A stretch of 64,000 nt of DNA from Ptychomitrium polyphyllum (taxonomy: Eukaryota), in assembly GCA_973851085.1 (NCBI GenBank), contig OZ316775.1, positions 9,982,001-10,046,000 on the forward strand, given 5' to 3'. This document shows, one piece after another, positions 53,928-64,000 of the stretch (within the stretch, counting starts at the first letter, position 1; each line of letters opens with the position of its first letter). The notes under the pieces are model-generated. The model did not search any database. It saw only the letters and a list, made by a program, of their open reading frames with translations, and was not told the DNA's origin. The translations under genes and the position numbers were made by a program.

Positions 53928-56900
53928 ATGAGGTCGAAGTCGCCGAGTGCGCGTGCTCCCTCGCCGGCGCTGCGAAACGGCCGCCCAGGGAAGAGTCGGA
54001 AATCTGTTCCTCTTGAGGGGTTGGCGAGGTTGTCGACCGATGTGTTTTCGGAGAATGTCATTGCGAACCTGTCTGTCTCGGAGTCGAAGCCTTTCCATGG
54101 CGTCGTGATATGCGTCACCGGACTCTCAAGAGGTGCATATTGAGCTTTCTCTCAGTGCCATAGCTTACAGACTATTACTGTCAAGTCTCCATAGGAAGGT
54201 TGGTACGTTGGACCTTTGAAAATGAAAGCTTGGTGCATGTTTTTTTGATTTTGGTTGGTGCAGAGGCGCGGAAGGAAGTGCAGGTGACCACGGAGCGTAT
54301 GGGAGGGCAGTATAGTCGAGACCTTCACGTCAACTGCACACATCTTGTGGTTCAAATATCCTCCTGACGTGATGATATATAAGATGAGATGTTGTATGAG
54401 ATGAACCCTTTGCAGAATGTTGGTCTCTTTTTCTTGTTTTTTAGTAGAAATTGGAGTTTGAGCTCAATTGTGAAATCCTTGACTGTGCTTACAATTGTAG
54501 TGGTCGCAAGTACGAGCACGCTGTGCAGCATGGCGTGCACCGGGGCTTACATATTGTCACCATGGCTTGGTTGGAGGATTGTTTTAAACAAAACAGTAAG
54601 CGGGAGGAGACTTAATTGTGGACTGGATTTGTGAAGCAATTGGCATTCTTCTGTAGTACTTTTCGAAGATTGTGCATGAATTCACGGATATTTGTGAGGT
54701 TGTTGGTCTGAAATTGAGTTTTGGGCTCTTTGCAGCGCGGCTGGATGAATCTAAATACATGGTGCCTCGGAGCCACCAAGTTGGGTTTGCTGGGCTTCAA
54801 CAGGAGCTGCCAGAAGCTGTGGGCAGTAGCAACCGGCGGAAATTTCCGTCTGCGGATCATGATATGGAAGCGGCTGTCCGCTTGCCGCCTATTTCCTTCG
54901 CCAATAGCTCCGCAGGGTCTTTGAGAAACTCATCCAGCATGCCACGGACTCCACATTCCTCTCTTGCTACTGATAAATCATCCCACGCCCTAGCTGGCGC
55001 TCGGTTTTACATCGATCCTGACCTTCCACGCGACTTACAATTGAAGGTGAGGGATAACTCCGATTACCAAGCTTCTCTGTTCTTCGACTCCACAATGACC
55101 AGCACTTACGGTTTTAGCTTGGTTTCGAGTATGTTTTCGAGTTGGTTTAGAGTCTTGCGCATTGAAATGGGCACGCTTGAATTGACGGTTTGGAGCCACA
55201 GTCACAGGAATCAGCTGAGTCATGGGGCGCGACCTATGTAGAGAATTGGTCGAAGGCCACACATGTCGTCTGTGAATCGGAAACCATCTCCAAGTACATT
55301 GGTCTCAATCTACATCTTGTCTCTGTAAGCAGCTCTCTTTTTTCTATGTTTTACCCAAATGGTCTCTGTTGTATCTGTCCTCGAGCTTTGCGAAAAGTGC
55401 CAGAAGAATTCTCAGCTGGGTTTAGGGTTTAGAATACAAGACCCGGTACAAAGTTTTAGAGATGAGGTTGGTGATGATGAGGTTGGTAGTGATAAAGTTG
55501 TACGCATTCAGAAAAATGAAATCTAGCTTCGATCTGCATCTGTTTTATGCTAATGGGTGAGATTTTGTGCTGCAGCCAATGTGGGTTATGTCCGCTCGAG
55601 ATGGCGCCCCCTTGCGCTGTGTTCAGTATTCAGCAGATCTTGCACGAGACGTGGCCGATCTTCTTCTAGAATGGAGGAAGAAGGGGCAAAACAACGAAGT
55701 AGGTTTGAGGTTCCTATATCGGCATTTGAATTACTTTGATGCTAAATCCCATATGGCAATGTACTTTCTAGGTTTTCTCCTTTTCTCTTTTTGTGCTTGT
55801 GGAGATGTTGGTGAATAGAATCCTTGTTGAAACCTAGAAGGAATTACTGAGGCGGTTTTGTGACAAACAAGGTTGTTAGGATTTCAGGTGCGCTTGAAAA
55901 GTTGAATGAATTCCTGCTCTAAAGTTTATATTGTCGTGGTGAACTGCTCGCAGAGTTCACTCGAAACATACAGTATAGTCAACAATGGCAGAGTAGCTGA
56001 GGTCACTTTGCAAGACCGAGAGAAGAAAGCTGTTGCTGCAAAGGAAGGCGTACGTCGAAGACGTGGAAATCGTATGCAGGTAATCTAAATAACTCCGATT
56101 TACTGATAGTTGGGTGTCCAGGTCTAGGGTTTAGGGTTTAACAGCGTGCTGGTGATTATGGCGCAATTCGGTTCAGTGAGGAAACGAAAATTGGATCTAA
56201 TCCTGGTCCTTGCGAACTCGGATTTCCTCAGCTTCATAGAGATCAAGTACTGTAACAAGCATTATTTTCTTCATTCAAATCTTTTGAAACCGAATCTAAA
56301 TTGAGCGGGCTACTGGTACTGTACAGCCCTGTAGGACGCTTCCTCGACCAAACACGCCGACAAGCATCTTGGATTCAATCTTTTGGGTCGTTTCCGATAC
56401 CCCTTCAACTGCGCAACTGTATACAAATACTACAGGAAAGGTAGCAGAGAAAGGCCAAGCATCAGAGACTGGTGTCGGCCAGTTTCATCACAATGGAATT
56501 CGGTATCAGGACCCCCTGGATGAAGCTTTAGGGGCAGAGATCTACACAAAGCCTCTTAGTCGAAGGTAAGCACCTGGAAATGCTCACTCTCAGTATCAGT
56601 CCATGTTGAACTTATATACAGTATCATGACCTGTAATTGCGCCATAAGTCAAGGGACTATCTATACTTATTACAATCCTTGGCTCTTCGATCGCAGTGAT
56701 AAGCGTGAGATCGTGTTCCAAGGCCCCTTTTTAACCATTCTGTTCCCCATTGACCGATTCTCCGAGCTGGGCCCATCATCACAGACTTTCTTCAGTGAAG
56801 CAGGATTCACCAGAGAACAAATCATCGAAATTGTCTACGCTTTTTATCAGGTATGGTTCTAGTCTAATGTGCTCAAGCCTTACCCTAAATCTGCACAGCT

Positions 56901-57176
56901 AAGTAACTGAATATTGTAACAGCGTCGTTTTTAACTTGGATGATGTGGTTCTAACAGGAGCCCTTATCACCCCCGGAAGTGGAGGCAGCGATTCATACCG
57001 ACTCCAAACATGCTGATCGGCTGCGAGCTTTGTACGCTTCAGCGGAGATGGATGAGCTTGGCTATGTCCCAATGAAGCGACACCAGTTCCTCGGCAGCCG
57101 CTTACAATTCGAAGGTCTGAAGCGAGCCAATCAAGAACCCACCAGTCACGTTTACGATCTCTGGCTAGGGTCGTGA
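53928..57176 (+). CDS. BRCT-domain protein (two BRCT-like repeats + conserved plant C-terminal domain), 10 exons, 564 aa
   Basis: Exons 53928-54132, 54264-54355, 54493-54595, 54736-55046, 55202-55324, 55576-55698, 55954-56079, 56327-56565, 56697-56850 and 56958-57176. PFHGVVICVTGLS...MGGQY...CTHLVV...KYEHA...IVTMAWLEDC is BRCT1; ATHVVCE...LVSPMWV is BRCT2. Confidence 0.9.
54356..54492 (+). other. U12-type AT-AC intron (137 nt)
   Basis: 5' ATATCCTC, branch site TCCTTGAC at 54476-54483 and terminal AC at 54491-54492. Removal restores THLVVQ|NCSGRKYEHA in frame. Confidence 0.9.
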
Positions 57177-58601
57177 GACTATAACGCTTGATATCTAGTA
57201 GATTCAACTCCCTAAATATTTTTAAGGTCGCTGCTGCTGATTAATGCAACTAATCATGAAAACTGTAAACATACTAAACTTCAACAATCAAGTAGTGGTA
57301 TGATCTTCATGCGTGAGTCCACGCAGTAGCAAAGCTTGTACATTAGGATGTTCTTTGAAAATGTAGAATCTGTAGGTATGAAGGTCCAGATGTATGTATA
57401 CAGAAAATCGTGTTAGTAAAAAACTTGGGTTCAATCGGAACGTGCTGTAAGTAATTAAGTTTTTAAAGTCCCACTGTGATCAACTTTAGCTATTTTATAT
57501 ATATATATATATCTATTCTCCTAGTTCTAATTCTGGTGAGAAGTCAGTGTATTTTGTAATATGAAACTGAATCCTTCTCGGAAATGGAAACGGAATGCTC
57601 GCAGGGCTTCACGAGCTTTTCATGAGTTTATTCTCCCTTTCGAGTCTGCTCTTTTCATGGTGTGGGCTCTTTACACGGATGCGAGTTCATTTATGTGCTT
57701 TATTTGGGTGTGGGTAAACACCGTTTGTATCATAAGTTTTTGGCAGGCTGTTGAAATGCCCATCAGCTACTGCTATATCGACCCGTGAGATACTGATATC
57801 AAAATTTTCAGTACGGTTGACAAATTGACAATGCAACAAGGTACTTGCCATGGCTGCCAACATTCACGACAATCCGCCCAGCAGGACCTTCAATATGTTT
57901 GGAATGACTTTTTCTTGTGGACAGCATCTGGGGTGCTTTGTCAGCAGCCAGTGAGGCTGACTTATCCATCTACACTCCATGTGATACCTCTTCAATTAAT
58001 GTGTCGTATCCTCTACTGCATCAAATCTTAAGAGCAGGTTAAAATCAATCATGGCTACTGAGCTATTCCCGGAGCATTCTTCGTTAGAAGCAGCCTCGCC
58101 CATATTTTTAGAGGAGGAAAAACAAAGTAATCGTCATCAATTGCAGCTTCGTAAAAATGTAGCTTGATGGTACATGCCCTATTTCCTGGAACCCAGAAAA
58201 TAGGTTATGTACTATTAAATTACACTATTCAATCTAATATGAGCACAGTAGGCACACATTAACCAAATTAGGTATCCAACTGTGTTATACAAGTTATGGA
58301 CCATATCAAGGTTCCCCAGTATGAAGTTGCAATACATATTAGAGCATTTTTCAATTGAAGTAAAACACTTGTATTGTATTGGATACATTCTTTGGATTAA
58401 AATTGAATCTTTTATAGTGAGGGATAAAATGATGCATTGTTGTGATGTAATTAGTTGTAGTGTTTAAAATGTAGCAAGTTTTTATTATTTCTTTTGATGA
58501 AAATAGGCTTAAAATTTTGTTTCTTTTAATGATGTAGGGAGATAAGGAGTTGAGGTGAGAGAATAAAAAGTTGATGGAGGAAGATAAAAGGTTGGTGTAA
58601 T

Positions 58602-59170
58602 TGTCACGAACATAAATCATGCAACATAGTCCTTAGAACATTCTCAAACCTTCTAGTATAATATAACAACTTCTTAGAATACTTTTAAATGTTTCCATAG
58701 CCTTTCCATATTCTTAGGAAGCTTCTTAGGAAAGTTCCTCCACTTTAAAAAACTTCCTAGGAAGGTTCCATCATCTCAAGAAACTTCCTAGGAAGTTCTA
58801 CCACCTCAAGAAATTTCTTAAGAAGGTTCCGCTACCTTAGGAAACCTCCAAGGAAGGTTCTAACTCCTTGAAAGTTTCTTAGGAAGGTTCCAAAATCTTA
58901 AGAAACTTCTTGGGAAGGTTCCCTAGACTTCTAAAACATTCTTAAGCCTTGTAGGAAGCTTCTTTAGAAGTATCCTAAGAGATACAAACGCCATAGTATA
59001 CATAGGAGGCAAAACAAGGTATTCCTTAGTCTTGCCAACACAAGTTGTGGATCATTTTGAATCTTGCCTTGTTCCAATCTTTGTATTAAGTTCTTGTTAA
59101 TCATTAGCTCATTGGAAGCTAATTCTTGGAAAACACTTTGTTTTTGCTTTTGTTTCTTCTATCCCTAACA
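58602..59170 (+). mobile_element. Probable solo LTR (569 bp) with an internal ~31-bp tandem array
   Basis: TG...CA termini (tgtcacgaac...ccctaaca), about 7 degenerate copies of aagaaacttcctaggaaggttccaccacctc at 58712-58925 and a TATA-like site near 58997. The flanks gtaat/gtatc are an imperfect TSD or a degenerate PBS. Confidence 0.65.
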
Positions 59171-61621
59171 GTATCAAGATAAAGAGTTGATGTCGAAATT
59201 TAACTTCCATTCCCTTTTTCTCCTTTTGGCATTTTTGACTTAATATATAAGACCATCCTTTCATAGCCAATATCTCATAGTGTATTTCTTAGTTTGAATT
59301 AAATTTTATTGGATTTTTTTTAAAAAAATTGATGGGTTTCTAGAATGCCATCACACGCTCCATTTGAAGTTAATATGTGACCGAGGCTTTAATTTGAATG
59401 AAGCTGGATTAGCTGCCTTGGATTTTATAAAGCAGCTGCTTTTGGTGCTTATAACTTTTTGTGTATTTAGAAATTTGGTAATGAAATTTGAAAAATAATA
59501 TTTCAACTACTTCAAAATGATATTATAAAAATTTGAAGAAAAAAATACTTATATAGTAGAAGATATAAGGAAAATTATAGTTGGGACTTTGAAAGTTATA
59601 TACAACGGAATTGGATTTGTTCATTTTTGGGCCATAAGAAAAGATTGAAGAAATATTTAAGGTTTTATTTTAATGAAGTATTTATTGTAAGATGAATAAT
59701 ATATTTGTAAATCTTCAAGTCTAGATTTGTAATAGAAGAGAAGTATTGAAGCGATGAAGTAGAAAAAATCTACGAGCTATGGCAAATAGAGAGTAAGAAC
59801 TTTGAAAGTGTTGAATCATAGTTGAATAGTTGAATAGACATCTTAAAAATATAGAGTCAATATAAAAAATTCATTAAACTCTTATAATAGGAAATATGAG
59901 CAAAATTATAAGCAGCTTTTTGATGGTAGTATGTAGTCATAGTTTGGGTTTGAATTGTGATGTTTACAAAGCTTAAAAAATATGATCAAAGAACTCTTTC
60001 ACTTAAATAACTAGGTAAATACCATCTTATCAACTTATTGATCGATTAGTAGGAACCTAAGGCCTAATGTTTTCTCAAAACAAAGTTGTTTTTCCACAAC
60101 CACAATTTTTTGTTTATATGTTTTATAGTAAGAGCCCTATGCTATCTCCAACCTTGTACTTTAGATAGTCCTTTTGAATTCAATCTTTGTAGTTTTTGTA
60201 TCAATCTTGAGCTTGTTGTAACTGGAATGCAAGTTTTTGATAAATTTTAGCAAGATGAATTACTAATATTAAAATTTTGAGGCTGATGAAGCATCTATTG
60301 ACAATAATTTCTTGCTTTACGCAAATATTAATGATTACTACCAACTACTTCCAGTCGCAAATCCATCACCAATAGTTCCAAATTCATTATCCATAGTTGC
60401 AAAATTTATCACTTGTTACTTGCACTTATAAATCTTTCACTTGCAATTGCAAATTTGTTAACAGAATTTGCATTGAAGAGATCCATAGTTGCCAAATCCA
60501 TAGTCAAAAAGTCCATATGGATTTTTGGATTCAAACAAGTTTTTTTTTCTAAGTGATGGTAGAAAAGTTTCCACTAATGAAAGTGGGACATAATTTGATG
60601 TAGAAAAATGAGAGACAAGCTCCCAATAAGTATTGAATTAGGAATTAAAAGTTAAATTAAGTAATGGTCAAGCGTTAGTTAATTATTGCTAGAAGACCTT
60701 AAGATTAGTGCTAAGGTTTGGTGGAGCAACATGGTGCAATTTTAATGGCATGTTGGCACAAATTTAAGAAGTCTCAGTTAGCAATTGGTTCAAATTGAAA
60801 GAAAGAAAAGAAGTCAAGTTCAAGATAAAAGTGACTTCTATCCACTTCTTTCACTTAACTCTCTCTCTTATCACTTCTTCTTTCCTTGTTTTTTCCTTCT
60901 CTTGTTTCTCTTTTCCATTTTTCTTCATTAATAGAAATAATGTAGAATCCTAAGGAGAATTTTATGAGATCTTGGAGTTGAAGTCACTAATTTAGGATTT
61001 TGAACATCAATCTAGAACTTGGAAGCATGGATTTAGGATTTAAATGGCTAGCTTGTATTATTCCAATAAGCCATGGTTACACTTTGATCAATTCTTAAAT
61101 TTAATTTTAATCTTTTGTTTGAATTTTTATTATTGTACATTTTGTGATTGGATTTTCAAGCTGCTTAGAATATTAAAATTGAAATTGTAATGAATTAATT
61201 ATGAATTTTAGAAGCTCAACTTTGTTATAAGAAGTTGAAATTTCAAAAATCCAATAAGCTGTAGCTAAACCTTGATCAATTGTTTGGATTTGCTTCAACT
61301 TTTATTGTGATATTTTTATTCTTATAGCTTTTATTGTTAGCTTTTTAAGGCCGTTTGAATCACTCCATTTGGATTCATTATAAATTAGTTATAAATATTA
61401 GAAGTTTAATTATATTATAAGAAATTGATATTAATGGTTCAAGTAATTCATATAATTGATGGATTGTAGTTATTGAAGAATTTAAAATAAAGAACTAGAT
61501 TAGACTACAATGCAATTTAATTAATTGATAACTTAAAGTAGAACTATGTGGACTAATATATCTTCTTATTAGTGAGGGGTTTTATTAGGATTACACTTTG
61601 CTTCCTAATTTTTAAGAAATT

Positions 61622-61875
61622 GAAGATGTTTCTCCATTATTTGAGTAACAATGTCTTCATAGTGCAAGCAATTGTCAATAAAAGCTTTGATTATAGGGAA
61701 GAAGTGAGCACAAAATGTACTTCTCTCACCTTTCTTGAGACCACCGTATACCACTAATCCATCACAATTGGCATGTTGCTATTGGATGATGCAAACCTTA
61801 GTGACATTGGACAAGAGCTTGAAGTTTTTTACAATGAATTGCACCAAACATCCTTATTTTATGGACATTTTCCAC
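61622..61875 (-). mobile_element. MULE/SWIM-family transposase N-terminal remnant
   Basis: SIK*GCLVQFIVK...VTKVCIIQ*QHANCDGLVVYG...AHFFPIIKAFIDNCL...IVTQIMEKH resembles the SxKRGC...F.VK...H...G...HG region of MuDR-related proteins; two in-frame stops. Confidence 0.45.
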
Positions 61876-62354
61876 TGCTTCTAGGAATTGCAACTTTTTT
61901 TTTTTGAATCCATAAAAACTTCCTCTTTTTTGGATGAATGCCAATTAAATTGTTGATTAAGCTATCAACAATGGCTACATTTAACATTGAGCTTGAGCAT
62001 TGTATATCCGGATGATTTTTTTTGCACCAATGGCTATGACATTTAAAACTGTCTTTGGGCAGAAGAAAATAAATACTTCTCTCTTCATAGTGTCACAAAG
62101 TGCACTCAGTAGTATTGCAATGGCAAAAACCGTGTCGCGCACCTCTCCTTCAAGAGTGCCCGCAACATTAACGGCACAAGGGGGACCCCGGAGTAACGTT
62201 CGGAACTTGTGGCGCCGATAGTAAAGTGGCCCAAATAGACCTAGAATGGGAAGGATCGCAAGGAAGAGAAACATCCTTGTCCATGAAAACCGAGGGCCAT
62301 GAGGGATAAAATGTAGGCATTGGAGGACTCACAACAAGTTGATTCTAAAATGCT

Positions 62355-64000
62355 AAAGATTGCTCAAATTGGACAAGGGAGCTAAAAGATATGGCATCCA
62401 AAAGTTGGGGATGTCAAGTTGCTGTTCTGGACTGTGGCAGCCTTAGACAGTGACTATACTGGACTGGGACAGTGCAGGGAGGGACTTCCCGGGAGTCCCA
62501 AACCTTGGGAGAGGCATATCTCCCAGAATACCAAGTCAAATCGGACGTTTGAGGAGTCTGTCAGCATCTGCGCAAATAATAGATGACAATAGAGTGGTTG
62601 TTTGATAGACTCGGACACCAAATGTGGAAGATATGGCTCCTTGAAGATTCGCAGGAAGTCCTGAAGGCTTCCAGCGGTTAAGTTCCAAGGGAGATCGAAT
62701 GATCTTCCAAAGTTTTTGGTGTGTTGGGGTTGAGCCAGCTACAGAGAACTAGGGGGCCTACTGAATTCCATAGAGAGTACTATAGGGGAGGGCTGGTCTC
62801 CCCTCCCCACTCCTCTAGTGTTTCGGTACAAACCAAGAATGAGTCTCGGTTGGTAGAACTAATGTTGGGGCTTCACCCCGGAGACTCTCACACCATTGTG
62901 AGCCGGTGGATGATAGGTTTCACAATGGAAACTAGTGAAATCAAAAGAGCACGCTTGTTACCATTAAGTTGGGGTGGTGTCTTCACGCTGGTACCATGAT
63001 GGCTCTAGGTGATCTTAGGATCACATGGAGATTATGAATGGTGGTGAGAAGACATCACTAAGTGCGATTAGGCCGTGTAAAATAGGAGTAACACCAAGTG
63101 AGGCCTTGGACATGAATGGAAGTCCGCACCTAACTACTGGCTACCAATCAATTGGGTGTCCTAGGAGAAATGGTAGGAGGAATTGGAAACCAAGCGTGAA
63201 ACTTGGAGAGTGAAAATTGGAATTAATCATATGCATGTGGAGGTATACAGGATTGGCGCACGTGACGTTTGTTAAGGTACATTATAAGAGTTGCGACAAA
63301 CCATTTTGATTGAGGTCAAAGATTCTTTCTTTCCACCCTACAAAATAAGTATTTTTATAGTTGAAGTCTTTTAAGATGCCGTTGGCTTATAGACCTTTGC
63401 AGCCGCTATAAGAAAAATTCCGCCTATGCCTATATATAATTTAATATTTGAAGCAGCCTTGAAAGATTACTCAAATCAGACAAGGGAGCTAAAAGTTATG
63501 GCATCTCAAAGTTGGGGTTGCCAAGGGGCTGTTCTAGACTGTGGCAGCCCTACACAATCACTGTACTGGATTGAGACAGTCCAGGGAGAGACTCCCTAAG
63601 AGTCCCAAACCTTGGGAGAGGCATATCTCTCACAATGCTAACTCAAATCGGACGTTTGAAGAGTCAATTGGCATCTACACAAAGACTAAATGACGATAGA
63701 GTAGTCGCTCAATAGATTTGGGCATCGGACGTGGAAGATATGACTCCCTGAAGGTCCACAGGGAATTCCGGAGGCTTTTAGCGGCTAAGTTCTAAGGGAG
63801 ATCGGGTGGTCTTCCAAAACTTTAGGTGTGTTGGGGTTCAGCCAGCTACAGAGGACCAGGGAGCCTGCCAAATCCCATAGAGAGTACTATAGGGGAGGGC
63901 TGGTCCCCACTCCCCTAGTGTCCTGGTAGAAACCAAGGGTGAGTCCCAGTTGGTGGAGCGACAGTTGGAGCTTCAATACGGGGACTCCCACACTATTGTG
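62355..64000. repeat. Diverged direct repeat with ~1.1-kb period, probably part of a TE
   Basis: 62355-62900 aligns with 63462-64000 (offset about 1107); the second copy runs off the window. Confidence 0.88.

Noticed and set aside
58712..58925. Regularly spaced ~31-bp repeats resembling a CRISPR array
   Set aside because: Head-to-tail degenerate units with no unique spacers, inside a eukaryotic LTR.
60340..60555. ccatagttgcaaat repeats followed by ttttctaagtg (CACT-like terminus)
   Set aside because: Might be a CACTA end, but no matching opposite TIR or TSD is visible in the window.

Overview
Eukaryotic land-plant nuclear DNA, most likely a moss such as Physcomitrium (inferred from intron-rich genes separated by very AT-rich decayed TE sequence). 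I assembled the gene models by hand from GT-AG/AT-AC sites and reading frames. Apparently intact genes: the 5' end of gamma-COP, mitochondrial dihydrolipoamide dehydrogenase, NPL4, a ubiquitin-like-domain PI4-kinase gamma, an ENH1-type PDZ-rubredoxin, a GH17-X8 glucanase and a BRCT protein with an AT-AC (U12) intron. There is also a 14-exon chimeric gene joining the N-terminus of Msd1/SSX2IP to a kinesin-10-type helix-hairpin-helix tail with no motor domain. Decayed elements include a deleted transaldolase pseudogene, a partial duplicate of the HhH exons, PIF/Harbinger and MULE remnants, a probable solo LTR and several tandem repeats. The strongest novelty candidates are the chimeric gene and a long AUG-less, stop-interrupted reading frame in the PI4K-gamma leader that overlaps the kinase ORF. 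Family assignments rest on motif recognition from memory; no database searches were run.
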